Source of the DNA: Eutreptiella sp. 'Long Island Sound 2002' | Lineage: Eukaryota; Protista; Euglenida | Direction of reading: 5' to 3' | NCBI GenBank assembly: GCA_964036045.1 | Contig: OZ038378.1 | Location: forward strand, 171,802,001-171,866,000 | Length of the DNA: 64,000 nucleotides | Shown: positions 22,364 through 35,240 of the stretch, in pieces | How the letters are laid out: each line of letters starts with the position of its first letter | Position numbering within the stretch: position 1 is the first letter of the stretch | Translations under genes and position numbers: made by a program | Notes under the pieces: generated by a model | Seen by the model: only the letters and a program-made list of their open reading frames with translations | What the model was told of the DNA's origin: nothing | Databases searched by the model: none

Positions 22364-23909
22364 GGGCGCGAGAGGGAGGGCGCGAGAGAGAGGGAGAGAG
22401 AAACAGAGAGAGAGAGAGAGAGAGAGAGGGTAGAGCGCAGTGGGAAAGGAACAGAGAGGTGCAACAGGAGAGAAAGAGAAGGGGAGAGCAAGAGAGAATG
22501 GAAGGGAGAGAGTAGGAGAGAGACCCACAGAGCGAGAGACCGGGGCTAACCGGCGCAAAGGGAGGTGGTGGGTTCGAGCTGACCAGGGTTCGAGCTGATC
22601 AGGGTGGGTTCGAGCTGACCAAGGTAAAAGGGACGCCACGGCGGCACGGAACAGCCGAGAAATGTCAAGAAATGAAAAAGCAGGGCGCCGTAGCGCCCCT
22701 GAGCCACTGGCTCGACACGTTGTCACGTGTTGAACAGCCGAAGCAAGACTGGGGCGGCGAGAGTGCGGCCCAAGTGAGGATGACGGAAGCAAGTAGGCAT
22801 GAATGTGTAGGCGGCATGCGCATGCATGGTGGGGAGCTGAAAAGGTATGCGCCACACGCCACACAGCGATGATTTGTTGAATTGCCTGACAGACGGAGCA
22901 CATACCGAGACGCCTTTGCGCCATCCAAGGCGCCATTGCGCCCCTGAGGATTGAGTATGACACGTCCTCACGAGCCAGAATGCAAGTGCATGACAGGGTC
23001 ACGACCTGCAGGGCAAGGGTTAGAGACTAAGCGGCACTGTGGGTGGGTGGTGGGTGCGAGCTGACCTAAATGTCCAGAGGACCAGTGCCTATGCACAGTC
23101 AGCAACCACCTGGTGTGGTACAGAACTGGTCTACGCTGCAGTGCAGCAAGCAAAACACTGAACAATGTGGTTATGACCATGCGCCTGTGACACGGGGGCG
23201 TATGCGAGCCCAGTTTCCGTTGCCTCATGGCCCCCCACCATCGCCCCTCCTCCCAAGGGGGCCTCCGGCCAACAGTTAATTGTGGGGGTAGTTGGCGTCC
23301 AGGACCGAGGAGTCGCCCCCCCCCCCCTGGAGTATAAGCCAGTGGTACAATGAAGGTAAGTTGTTTTGGCCAACAAAACACAGCCTAGTGAGCTGACCAT
23401 GAATGAACTACACAAATGAAACGGGTGCCACACGCTGAAGCATACATGCGCACATCCCATGTGTGGCACTACCAGCACACACACCCTGTATACACTGCGA
23501 TTGATGTTGTAGATGCTCGTTCCCTGAACAACATGCACATAACCTCCACACTGATCGATTGCCTGATAGCCGTGGCAGACCGCCTGCGCTACTGCGTGAA
23601 GGGTCAGCACATGTTATGCCAGCACAATGCATGGACCTCTGGTCTGCTCAGTTTCTGAGTACACCTGTGCTGCACATAAATGGACCTTCAGCTTTCCGGA
23701 GTTCTCCCGAGTACACTCAATGGAACCTTGAGCGTCAAGAACTCAAAAAAAAAAAAAGAATAAACTACACAAATGAAGGAGACTGTACATGTGTTCTTGT
23801 GCATGAGTAGTCAGACACAAATGCATGGTGGTGCTCCAGGGAGAACATATGGATCTGCATATGTGGAGTGCTCTGTGATCTGCTGTCTGCCTTTTACGTA
23901 CCACCATGC

Positions 23910-23911
23910 AG
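23910..23911 (+). promoter_or_regulatory. Putative spliced-leader trans-splice acceptor of the DEAD-like gene
   Basis: CAG 17 nt upstream of ACACC-ATG at 23929, preceded by a pyrimidine-rich stretch. Euglenids add a spliced leader to mRNAs. Confidence 0.3.
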
Positions 23912-23928
23912 CTCATTGTTTTCACACC

Positions 23929-26547
23929 ATGAGTCAGTCCGCGAGCGAACGAGCCCTTCAAGCAGAACTTGAAGCACTTAAGCAAGAACTGGAAGTAAAG
24001 AAAAAAGAAGCACAGATTGCATCCCTTGAAGCACAGAAGTACAAGGCAGCAGCTCAACGGGCACCTCAACAGCCATCAGCTGCAGAGCGCCGGCCCTCTG
24101 TTGTGGCACCACCTTCCAAAAAACCACGCGTGGAAAACCCCACTCAAAGAGCCCCTGCTCATGGGGGATTCGCTGGAGCCACTGCTGCCACACGCCCGAC
24201 TGCGCCTCGACCACAAGCGACGGTGACCAGTCATCTTGGGTTTGCCCCCACACATCCCACTGCCCCCACACGCGGGGCTGTCCCCATGCGCGGGGCTGTC
24301 CCCACACGCGGGGCTGGCCCCAAAGGCGGGGCTGTCCCCACACGTGGGGCTGGCCCCAAAGGCGGGACTGGCCCCAAAGGCGGGGCTGCCCCCAAAGGCG
24401 GGGCTGCCCCCAAAGGCGGGGCTGCCCCCAAAGGCGGGGCTGCCCCCAAAGGCGGGGCTGCCCCCAAAGGCGGGGCTGCCCCCAAAGGCGGGGCTGCCCC
24501 CACACGTCCTGGGGTTGCCCCCCCACATCCTGGAGTTGCTCCCGAAGCCTCTTTTGTCTCTCACCAAGCCCCAATTGCACTACACATGAACCCCATTGAG
24601 AGGGGTTCCCAGCGGCTGGCACAAATGAAGGAGAAGCTTTCCAGGGGAGTGCCCGCCAAGGGCCTGCTCACGCAATTCAGCGGGGATGTTCTTTACGACC
24701 TGGCGGACCCCCTTGTGCCATCAAATGCGGTGATCGCTGACTGCATGGAGAGTATGTACGACATGTTGTATGACCGTATTATGCGCGACGTGGATGCAGG
24801 ACACCGCCACTCATGGGAGCCCATTGCAAGCGAGATCAAGCTGTTTTTTGAGGTCGGGTTTCGTTGTCGCGGAAAGTTTCCAGCCGGCCCAGCACAGAAC
24901 AAGATCTTCGTGAATTATGTGGAAATGTTGAACCTTTTCTTGACCGCTCCGGAGGAACTCCCAGCCTCCGAAACACCAGAGGGGCTGTGGCTGCGACCCA
25001 CAGTCGCAGCTGCGGCTGGGAGCCAGGGGGAGGCTTCGTTGCGTCTGCAGAACTCCCTGATTCCTGACATGCCGGCACGCAATGATGTGCTTCTCGATTT
25101 GTACTGGGATCTGGAATTGGATATCTGGCGCCGACCCGCGGGACACAGGCCCCACCGTGGGGAGGTCATGGACCGCAAAAAGAAGAGCACCCTCCGAATG
25201 GCAGCCACCATCATTCAAAACTGTGATTACGCAAGCCACATGTTTGACGAGTCCAAGCCCAAGTCACCTCCCGTCGTTGTCCTGTGCCACTCTAAGGGCA
25301 TGGTCCTCAAGCTGGCAGACCTGCTCAACTATATGGGACGATATGAGTATGGAATGGGGTACCGTGGGGCTGAGGCAGCATACCGGGACACCGAGGCCAT
25401 CAGTGACGTGCCGGTGACCATCTTGGTGTGCACACCAGGCAGGCTGCTGCATGACGTAAAGGAGGGTGCCATTTCGCTCCACGCTCTGGATATGTTGGTG
25501 ATGTCTTGCCAAATGATGCCTGTCCCAAAAGAGTACATGGCGCTCCGGAGCATGTGCCCTGAAACTGTGCGGACGTTGATGTTCTCGTCCATACGGCATA
25601 CCCCCAAGAATATTCTCCAGACAGCCGAAGAAATGTTGACCCATGAACCGCAGATTGCAAGCTGGGATTATGAAGAACAACAGCCGACTGTGGTGGTGGC
25701 GCCCTTCGTTCCAGGAGTGACCACCTTGCCTTCCAAGAATCTCCCCCCAGCCCCGTTCTCTACCACAGGAAAGGGCAAGGGCAAAGGCAAAGGAGAGTCC
25801 CTCTTGCCTGACAATTTTGCCCCCACAGGAAAGGGCGCAGGAAAAGGCTCAATGGCGGGGTTCAAGAGTGACTTCAATGGGATGGGCCTGCATGGTGAAA
25901 TCATGCCTATCATGAAGAAGCACAAGTTGACCATTGCCACCCCACTGCAAAAGACAGCCATCCCTAGCATGATGACTGGCCGCAGCTGCCTGTTTATCAG
26001 CCCTCCTCAAATGGGGACTGCGCTGGCCTTTGTCCTTCCAACGGTGCACTTGATGATGAACTACCCCCCTGGTGGGATGTCGCCCCGGGTGTTGGTGATG
26101 GCTGAGCGTCGGGAGGATGTGGACTGCATTGTCGCAGAATACCTGCGATTCACTCAAGCTCTACCCAGATACAACATGGCACCGGAGGGATTGCACTCCA
26201 CCCGTTTGACAGACTACGACACGCCCGTCAACACTAGTGCCTCGGTGATTGTAGGCACCCCACACAAACTGGCCAACAGCATCCTGAAACCCGATAGTAC
26301 CACGCCCATTGATGTATCACTGGTGGATGTCCTGATCTTGCAGGGGCTTGGTACTGTCTGCAAGAATTTGGTGCGACCTGAGTGTAAGGATGAGAATTTT
26401 ATCTCCCATGTCTACCACGCAATTGTGAACGCAAAGAAACAAGCCCCACAGGTTGTGGCTTTTTCAAAGGATTTTTCTGCTGATGCAGTGCAGTCGATTG
26501 TCGTGGGTGTAGTCCCGGATATCGAAGTTCTGAATATTGAAGGCTAG
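23929..26547 (+). CDS. Intronless 872-aa DEAD-box pseudo-helicase-like protein (coiled coil, PKGGAA repeats, two degenerate RecA1 domains)
   Basis: Long uninterrupted ORF. Domain 1 has PVVVLCHS, ILVCTPGRLL, DMLVMSCQM, TLMFSS. Domain 2 has a Q-motif (F.GMGL..TPLQKTAIP), SPPQMGTALAF, RVLVMAERRE, VIVGTPHKL, DVLILQGL. The start at MSQSAS is preferred over 23773. Confidence 0.8.
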   Translation: MSQSASERALQAELEALKQELEVKKKEAQIASLEAQKYKAAAQRAPQQPSAAERRPSVVAPPSKKPRVENPTQRAPAHGGFAGATAATRPTAPRPQATVTSHLGFAPTHPTAPTRGAVPMRGAVPTRGAGPKGGAVPTRGAGPKGGTGPKGGAAPKGGAAPKGGAAPKGGAAPKGGAAPKGGAAPKGGAAPTRPGVAPPHPGVAPEASFVSHQAPIALHMNPIERGSQRLAQMKEKLSRGVPAKGLLTQFSGDVLYDLADPLVPSNAVIADCMESMYDMLYDRIMRDVDAGHRHSWEPIASEIKLFFEVGFRCRGKFPAGPAQNKIFVNYVEMLNLFLTAPEELPASETPEGLWLRPTVAAAAGSQGEASLRLQNSLIPDMPARNDVLLDLYWDLELDIWRRPAGHRPHRGEVMDRKKKSTLRMAATIIQNCDYASHMFDESKPKSPPVVVLCHSKGMVLKLADLLNYMGRYEYGMGYRGAEAAYRDTEAISDVPVTILVCTPGRLLHDVKEGAISLHALDMLVMSCQMMPVPKEYMALRSMCPETVRTLMFSSIRHTPKNILQTAEEMLTHEPQIASWDYEEQQPTVVVAPFVPGVTTLPSKNLPPAPFSTTGKGKGKGKGESLLPDNFAPTGKGAGKGSMAGFKSDFNGMGLHGEIMPIMKKHKLTIATPLQKTAIPSMMTGRSCLFISPPQMGTALAFVLPTVHLMMNYPPGGMSPRVLVMAERREDVDCIVAEYLRFTQALPRYNMAPEGLHSTRLTDYDTPVNTSASVIVGTPHKLANSILKPDSTTPIDVSLVDVLILQGLGTVCKNLVRPECKDENFISHVYHAIVNAKKQAPQVVAFSKDFSADAVQSIVVGVVPDIEVLNIEG
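24265..24498 (+). repeat. 13 x 18-bp coding minisatellite (P[TK][RG]GA[VAG])
   Basis: Unit CCCAAAGGCGGGGCTGCC, with 7 perfect copies at 24373-24498. Confidence 0.95.
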
Positions 26548-29350
26548 ATCGGCGGTTGAGTGCGGTATGGCAGGTGCCCATGTGCTGCAAAGGGACGCTT
26601 GCTGCTGTGCACCAGCAGTAAACCAGCCCTCGTAGTCGTGTAGGGCCGCCTGTCCGGGGGGAGTTGGCGTCTCAGGCATTTCAGGCATATCCAGGTGCTT
26701 TTTCTACAGCACAGGAATCTGAAGTGGAATCAGAAACTGTGCCGTATGATCATTTCGTCCATGGCATTGCCATGATACCGCGCACTCCCTTGGGGCTGGG
26801 CTCCAGCTATGAGGGGTAAGCACAAAAAAAAAAGCTCTGCCCAGGAATTCAAGGTTGGTGTATATGTCTGGCTGATTGCCTACCGCCATGTGCATTATAT
26901 TCCATTATATTACACAGTTTTTCCACGAATCTCTTTTGAGGGTGTTCCTACGACTGGGATTTGTACTTAACAATGACACATAGCAGCATGATTTGTATTC
27001 GTCGATGTAGAAGATGATGCCTGTGCTTGGTTGGGTGCAAAAGGTAGGATACAAGGACCCAGGGACCAAGGCATGGATGCAAAATGACATCATAGCGGGT
27101 GCAGAAGCAGAAAAGTAAAGTTGAGCACATGGTTTTAGGATTGACGTGTGCGAATAGTCTGTTGATGTGCGTGCGCAGGGTAGGGGGGGTGCATGGGGGG
27201 TTGGCAATGTGCAAGGCGGTCACAGTTTGTAGGCAGTGAGTATGAGTGGCCGCAGGTGAGAGTCGTGCAGTTTGTCGGTGCGAAGACGTTCATTTTTGGG
27301 TTTTCCTTGGGTGGAGCCTGTGGGAGCGTGTGCCAACGTGCCAACATCTGTTGGCATGCAATGATAACGAAAGACTTGTCTAGCATGGCCAAGCCAATGA
27401 GGCGAATGGTGCTGGCGCTCAGCATGAGCCTGATGCCCTGCTAGGAGGTATACTGCATGACCCTGGTTCGGATGCAAACATCTCAAACAAATTGTCCCTA
27501 GACCGTTATGGTTTTTGTAATCACCTCAAAGAGGGTTGTTAGATCAAGCGCACGCGCGAGCGCTATACACCCCCACTTCTGGGGGGCCATTCATGTAGCA
27601 TACTGCAATGTATGAAATTGGATGTCTAGCCCTTTGTAAAATCATCATTTTGGGAGACAAAATGATTCCCCCCAATAAATCTTTAGATTTTGACCCCTCA
27701 GCCTCCCTGTAGCTGGGTCCCCCTTTTGGGGACGGGGGCGGGTCGAGGGGCGCAGTCAAAAATCGAAAAGGTGACCCCGCCCCAGTTTGGACCCCAAATT
27801 CTTGATTTTTTTACGAATTTTCTTCAGACCCCCTACAGTGTGGGGTCTGCATGGACGGTGCGGGGTTTCAGTGCTTGTGCAGTATTTAGGCTGGTTAGTG
27901 GCACTTGGAAATTTTCGAAAGTTGCTTTTTTCTCCCGAAAACCGTTGAACAGTTTGGCATGATTTGGGGTTCCAACTGCTTTGAGATAGATTTGGGTCCT
28001 CATTTGGTGCCCATAAAGGTATTCTAGCGCCCATACTGACCCATGTAGCGGCTGCTAGGCCCCTGTAGCCAGCGGCTGCTAGGCCCCTGTGGCCAGGGCC
28101 ATGGGCCCATGGAAAGCTCCAAAATTGCTGTTTGTAGGGTGCGTAGTGGCCGTTGAGAACTTTTCAAACTTTGGTTTTTTCGGACAGCATTTTGTCAGGC
28201 GTGGGCGTTGGGCTCATCATTTGGTATCAATATGGATGCCCTAGCACCCATGGAAACCCACCTAGTAGCTGATAGGCCTGTGCAGCCAGGACCAACCGCC
28301 CCCCCCCCCCCCCTTGCAAAAAAAAACACCCGAAATTGCCATTTGCAGCCGGTTTCGTGGCACAAACCTGCAGATGCAGTTTTCAGCCTTGATAGCGAAA
28401 AAGTCGAAGTTTCTGAAACTAATTTTTTGATATTGTGACCAGCTACAATGATCAAATATCCCATATGAAGGATGTTTTAGACCCTTTTTGTGTCTTTTGC
28501 ACTCCATTTCCGCTCCTTGTCTTGGGGGGTACCACTTTGTGCAATACAAAAAAAGTGCACAAGTTGAGGTTTGCATAGCCTCTCCCAGCGATTTTCATAT
28601 TCTTTCAGGCCCTGAATGGTGATTTCTGGTTTACTCCATTTGTTTGCATAGCCTCTTCATTTTCATGCCCTTGCACTCATGAGAGTTCAGGTGCACACAG
28701 TGCACCATCATTGTACATCAGTGGACCTCGCTTTCGTCTGCATGCGCCTCCAACCTCGGGCTTTTAATGCAGAGTGTGCCTCAGCAAGTCATGCACTGAG
28801 TACAGCACAGCTCACTTGGTGGCTAAAATACGTGAGTGGCACAGTCGAGTTTTTTTCAAGGATTTGGAGAGGCAGCCTAAGGATGACATTGTGGTGACTA
28901 TAGGGTTACTGGTGCATTGCAACCCCGGGTAAGCCTGTCCGAATAAGGGGGTGGGGGGTGTAACAAATAGGCTCGAAGGGCCAAGTTGTCAAATTTCCGA
29001 TAATGATGCGTTCCCAATATGTTAGGATGAGGGCAAAAGCACGGAACACATATGAGCTGGGTGTGGAAAGGGGTAGAGTACTATTGAGGGTGCCTCACTG
29101 CTTGGGCTGAATCTTGCCAATCTTTAGTGACAGTTTGCCCAATTGGGGTTACAAGTGATTATTCCGAATATTTTGAAATTCTCTGTTCTTTTCCAAATAT
29201 GAGAAGCGAGGGTGTTCGGGTGATGGTCTGTAGCTTTTTTTTTTTATTTGTTGTGAGCGGATTTTCTTGATGTTGTGGCCTCTTTGCATTCAGTCATATC
29301 GGCTCGTGATGGGTTCCGGTCATATCGGCTCGTGATGGGTTCCCATCTTA

Positions 29351-29924
29351 CCCCCCCCCCCCCCCTTGTATAAGCTACGCCCTTGTCCAAGCTACAGTAG
29401 GCGTAGGGACCGTAATAATTGTGTACGTAATTTTAATTACGTACGAAATGTAGTACGGCCACATGAGACATGGGTTTGTCGTCACATTTGCCAATGACAT
29501 GGACACATGCAACATGCCACATGCAAGGCAAGCTCATTCCCAAGAATTTGAAGTTGTCCGAGCCCAGACCAGCCCCTAAGCCTCAGCCAAAGGCATCTTC
29601 AAGTGGTGAGCATGTGCAATTGTTCCGCATGGTGTATGGTCGCAAGAAGGGTTCCCAAGCCGAACATTGTAGGCTTCGCATTCTTCATTGCTTGTGCCAA
29701 CAAGGGTGTGAACCTGAAATTTTCATGTGCCCAAGGCTGTCTTGTGTTTGCATACACCTGGAAATGTGGGCAGAGGTCAAGGTGCACCCATACCATGCGC
29801 GCGCGCACGTTTGTGTCGGTAGCTGTATGTGTTTCGTGCAAGCTACGCCCTTGTCCAAGCTGCAGTGGACTTAGGGACCGTAATAATTCTGTACATTGAC
29901 GTAGCTTATACAAGGGGGGGGGGG
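29351..29924. mobile_element. MITE with TIRs beginning in poly-C/poly-G and a probable TA TSD
   Basis: Left end C15-TTGTATAAGCTACG, right end CGTAGCTTATACAA-G11. TA at 29349-29350 and 29925-29926. Confidence 0.8.
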
Positions 29925-32900
29925 TACCAAGCCCAACAAGAGATTGAAAAGGAGGGAATATGGTAGTTTTTTCTAGCGTGCACCGGCAGCGCTCAAATTG
30001 AACACATGCGAGCACTTGTACTTGAGCACCAAGGGACAATTGCATCATTTGTGATAGCACCTAAAGGCAAGCCAGCAACCGCAGGCATCTATAAGGCAAA
30101 ATCGCCAGTAAGCAGACCAAATCCTGATAGAAGTACTTGGGGGGATACACTTGGAATGGCACCATTTGGCTCAACACAAGTGTATCATTTTTCTAGGTGT
30201 TATAGTTGGAGGGACCCTTTTGCAGGCTAGCTGGAGCGGATGCCATATGTCTGTAGGAATAACAAGCATCCTTGTCACCTCCAAGAAATAATTGCAACCA
30301 GTGAAAGATCCATGGGAAACAACAACCACTAGTCAGCGTCTATGTGTGTCGGGTATTTTGTACCAAAAAATTCAATCCTATTTGAAAAGCTAGCGCCAAT
30401 TTTCTTTGCACCAAATTTTGCCACTCCAAATTTGGCTATACCACCCCCCGGCCCCTCGGTAGCAACAAGCAGCCAAAGTCCTCCTGCAACCATTAAGAAG
30501 CCCCCAAGAAATATTTTGGTTAGGGTGCATTGGAATGAGGTACCCCCCCCAAAAAAAAATCGGGGTAGGTGTTTTGAATCAGTGGGTGTAGTAGCAACTA
30601 GGGGGCACTGTGTGTTTGAGATATCATTTGTCAAATGTGTGCGGAATGTGGAATGGCAGAGTGTGGGGTCATGTTGGTGGTCCTAGCCCCGAGAGTCTAA
30701 TAAGGGGTTGGGGTGTTGGGAAACAGGCTTGGATGGCACTCCCCCGTGGAGGCAGGTGCTGAAGACAGACAACATCGTGCTCAGAGGACTTTCCCATGAG
30801 CTGCACATTGGACAGCTCCATGTTGTTGCTCTCGCTAATTGTTTCTGTGACTGTTGCGGATGCTGGTGCTGTTCATGTTGATCTGACTGGTGCTGATCAT
30901 GTTGGTCTGACTATGGCTATGGCTATGGCTATGGCTGCTGTTGTTACTCCAAGATCCTAGAACAACAACCTCTGTGACACCAATGTCGAACATTGCTACA
31001 TATGCATACCAAGACCCGCATGTGTGGTTCATTTTGTGGCTTGCCTGTGGCCCTGGTAGCAACAAGCGTCCAAAAGCCTCCCGCAACCATTAGGAAGCCT
31101 CCGAGAACATTTCTGGTCAGGAGGCATCGAAAAGGGGCAGACCCCTCGCACGACTAGGGGGTAGGTGGTTTGAACTGGAACTGGGGGGGGGGGGGGGGCA
31201 CTGTGCATTTGAGGTATGATTGATGGAATTTATGTGTGAGGTCATTAGTGGGCCCAGCCCCGAGAGCCCAATAAGAGGGGGGAGGGTGTGAGAAATAGGC
31301 TTGAAGGGCCCACCCGGAGTTGCTATGGATCCCGGGCCTAGCATGCTCTCTGTCCGTGCAGCTCCCCAAAGACCTTGCCATACTTGCTAATGCAGTGCAA
31401 GTAGACACGCGAAAACCTCAAGTGCAGAGTTGTGTGACGGTGTTTGGAGCTTCAATGATGTGCATTGATTTCCTATTGTGGTATTGTAATGTGTCACAGA
31501 CAGTGCAAAGGTTGCAAAAGGCAAAGGCACTCCGAAAACATTGTGAGGCTGCACCCAAATTGAAGTGAATGTATTGTGCTAAGATTAAAACAATGACAGA
31601 GTCGCATGTCGTGGCTTGGGCGGGCCTCAAATCTGACAACCGGAAGGCACTGAGGGTGTTGCCAGCCATTCAACCCTAGCTGGAGAGGATGGCAGGCAGA
31701 GAGGGCAAGCACAAGATGACATGTTGTCGAGGTCTGGTTGTTGAATCGAATTTGCGTAAAGTGGTGCCTGCCAAGAAAAAAATAAATCCCATCTTTCACT
31801 GACGTATCAGCACATTTTTGTCCAGTCGCTTTTGGTGTTTCAATTACGCTGTATACCCCATACCCCACCCTTGAGTATTGCATCCAAGAAAGCTTTGCAA
31901 ATTGTGCGTTTCCTTCATTCTCCACTTTTTACAACTGTGTTTGGCACATTGGTACATGTTACAAATCAGTGTCATATTTGCTCTTTTGCAGGTACTATAT
32001 GCATTCTTCATCCCCTTCCCTCGTTCCACACGTGTTGTCTCAAAATGATCACAAGCTGATATGTTTTGACAGATAAAATTCCAATATTTTTGAATTTGAG
32101 GTCTACACATTCTTTGTGTCTCCCATGCTTTCACAGACAGGTAAATTGTGTACGGATACATACTATTCTCATTGCTGCAACATACAGCACACTGAAGTTG
32201 ACTGGCTGCTGTGCTTAAGACCGTCAGCTCTTGCACTATACTGAGACTTGCTTCTTTCAGAAGGCGAAACATGTGCTTGAAAAAATGCACTGATGTGACA
32301 GTCAGGTTTCACACCCAACATATGAAACACAGACACAGACACAGACACAAAGCAGATGGGAGCGTGCACACCAGAGCACTGAAAAGAGAACTAGCAGTTG
32401 TTGGTAAGCCGGGCCATCACCAGACGCGGCCAACACATGAAATCCACCTCTTGGCAGTGGCTTTTTACGATGTTTTGGGATCCCAAAGTGTGCAAAGTTT
32501 GTAGAAAAGACACTGTCAAAACCCTTCAGAGAACAAGAAAACGAAGCATGGATAATTCATTGTGAGGAAGAATGCTCTTGAGGTTTCGGGGTTCTTGCAA
32601 GATGACCCGCCAAAGCCATTGCCTCTGTGATTCTTGGGGAAACATTATTGATGATCCCTGTGCATCACTGCCCTGTGACTTCTGTCAAGGAAGAAACAAT
32701 GCCATAGGATACGCTGCCTGTGCAGTACCAAAGGCTCATTCCTTTCAAGCCCTGGTATTTCAGCATTACCAAAATGTTGGTCATCCAACTTTAGTCCATT
32801 TGGAAATATTGCTGCGTTGGGTGCAGCAGAGGGACAGCTGTCCCACTGTCACTTGTTAAAAATACTTTTCCCCGCCAGCTTGGAACAACCAATGTGAAGG

Positions 32901-33204
32901 ATCTATTTCTAACACTCAAGACATACACCCAGATGTACCAACTGTCACATTTCCTCAGCCTTTATCCCCCACCGGGAGCACTCTTGTGCGCCAGGTATGG
33001 AGCACACCATGGGGTGGGGGTAATGGGGCTGGTGCCGATGGATACACATTCCACTGATGAGTTTTCTTGTCATGAGTACTGCTTGTGCCTCACCCTGGCA
33101 CCCCACCACGGCCACAATCAACAGCAACCCTCCGGGATCTGATCTTGTGCTCCTGCCTTGCTTTTGCCTTGTTCCCTGCTGTACCATTGCAGTCTGATTG
33201 TCCC

Positions 33205-33393
33205 ATGGCCTTGGTGGAGTCTAGTGCCATGGAGAATGATGGGCCGTTCGTATCAAGGGAGACCTACGGCGAGGAAATCCGCGAGACTTTCCCGCAGGAG
33301 CGCGCAGACCACCTCAGCGCCCGCGAGACTTTCGGCAATAGTGCGGACTGGTACGACCATTTTACACGGGGCCGCCGCGACTGGTTGAAGTCG
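33205..33393 (+). CDS. Host gene X exon 1 (MALVESSAMEND..RDWLKS)
   Basis: Strong pyrimidine tract plus CAG at 33192 (possible SL acceptor); ATG at 33205; GC donor GCAAGC at 33394, phase 0. Confidence 0.6.
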
Positions 33394-35186
33394 GCAAGCT
33401 GCACAGTGGTGGGAGATTGCACCACGTATGTGAAGGGAAAGGTCGGGGGCCCATTTCTTCGCACCCCAAAATGGACTCCCGAGAGGGCACAGGTTGTGAT
33501 GCTTTTTTTTTTTATCCCTTTTTTGGGGCCGCAAGGGTTATATTAGCCTTTTCTTTGCATCCCACTTATGGGACCATAAGACGGCAGGGGTTATGTGGCT
33601 TGTGATCTCTGTAGCAAAACTGCATCGTCCAAAGGTAGCGTGAGGAGGTGAAAATTGAAGACATTTAGTTGCCAACATCCCTGAGCAATCTTATAAGACA
33701 ATTTTGACAGACAAGAAGACGGACCTTTGTACCGTCCTTTTTCCTCCGCCACCAAGGCAAGAGGGTGAGAAACAAATGGCCTCTATAAGTGCAGCCCCTG
33801 TTGCACCTCGCAGGTGTACTTGGCGCTGCATTTCACTTGGAACCGAGCAACTTGTGGAGGAGATTGGTTGATGGGCAAGGATATTGTGTTTTGGCTTGAT
33901 CCAGAGTTCTGTTGCATGGAAATTCGTTACAATATGGGGTTGGGAGCCCTTCAGCTCCCTTGCTGATCCCCTTTTTGGTGTTGCTCAAACGTATTATCTT
34001 TGGAGCAGCGGACCTTGGGCTTCCAAAAGGCCGGTGATGGTCAGTCTTGTGGTCATCAGAACCTGCCTCAAGGTAGGTGGTTGAACACTAGGGTTTCGTT
34101 GATGAAGTTCATCACCCAAATGCTTGATGGTTTTGTGAAGGTGTATTGAGCATCGTCAATGCCGATGGTGCTTGTGCGGATCATCAAGGGGCTAGGTGAC
34201 AGTTTTTCAACACCACTTTGTATTTTGCTGGCCGCCTCTTCAGCCGCACACTACACAATCTGCACAATGAACGCCGTGCTTCACATTGCACATGTGGTTT
34301 GTAAAATACACCTTGCGCATTGTTCTTCAGAGCGGACTCAAACGGGCCAAAACATGCAATTGCCGCACTTCTTACTTTAGCGACAGTCCCAGCTTGAGGG
34401 GGCAAAACCTCATGTGTGACCAAAACTTGTTTGAGTATCGCAAAGCTTCTGGTATTATTTTGGAAAAAGGGCAATTTTGACCTAATGTTGGCCTCAATAA
34501 GGGTTGTTTCCAATGCTTTTTGGAACTTTTGGTGCACGGAAAAAGGGTGAAATGGACTCAAAATAGGCTAAAGAAACTTGTTTGAACATCCCAAAAGGAC
34601 CAGTACCTTTGTTGACCATTTTTTGACCCATTTTTGGTCCCAGTGGCACTCCACCTCTTTGGCACCTGAAAGAGGTGGTTGCTCATGCCGTGGATTTGAA
34701 GGTTGAGACAATTTGGAGTTGAAGATAGCCCACACAATACCAAGATGCAACCTTATGCACTCTACCCCGAGGCACCCTGGAAGAGGTGGTTGCTTGAAGA
34801 GTTGAATATAACATGGATTACACAGAGCTTTTTTCCCTGCACCTTTTTGATACCCTTACAAACCTATTGTCATATTGGCCCAGTCCTTTTAATTGGTGGC
34901 CACACAAAGTACTTTGTGCTTTGTGGACTTGGCATCCCATCGATTAGATCATTATGGGGTGCTGTACAGACCGGCAAGTGTACATGTTGCAATAATGGCA
35001 TCATAGAAAAGATTGGCACTCACATTGCGGAATTACTTGCATTACACTTTTTAGGAGGTGGTGCTGAATTGTTTTTTTAAATTACTCCATAATGGCAAAA
35101 AAAGCTGGCATTCATGTTTACAGCCAAAAGAAAATGCATTGCAGTGTGATTCTTTTGTGCTTGGTTACGTTTTTTCCGGGAGCATC

Positions 35187-35240
35187 AAGAGGAGGAGGAG
35201 GAGGAGGAGGAGGAGGAGGACGAGGAGGAGGAGGAGGAGG
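35187..35240 (+). repeat. (GAG)n microsatellite
   Basis: Directly visible. Confidence 0.9.

Larger units (their letters stand above)
17748..23230 (+). mobile_element. 5'-truncated L1/Tx1-like non-LTR retrotransposon (copy B): RT, CCHC finger, RNase H, ORF3, tRNA-like cassette, (GA)n, ~0.8-kb tail
   Basis: CCCCCCA at 17741-17747 and 23231-23237 is a likely TSD within C runs. The 3' ~2 kb is collinear with copy A. No endonuclease or ORF1 is present in this copy. Confidence 0.9.

Noticed and set aside
23773-23928. Upstream start of the 924-aa ORF
   Set aside because: Low-quality sequence upstream of a probable trans-splice acceptor; ACACC-ATG at 23929 starting MSQSAS is more plausible.
23978-24622. 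Antisense and alternative-frame ORFs with GQPRLW, GGSPAF or KAGLPP repeats
   Set aside because: Shadows of the 18-bp coding minisatellite.
26900-27490. Protein-coding ORFs here and in similar patches near 1400-1680, 33900-34200, 42780-43160 and 56950-57270
   Set aside because: Short, stop-ridden frames that look like old LINE debris; not assignable with confidence.
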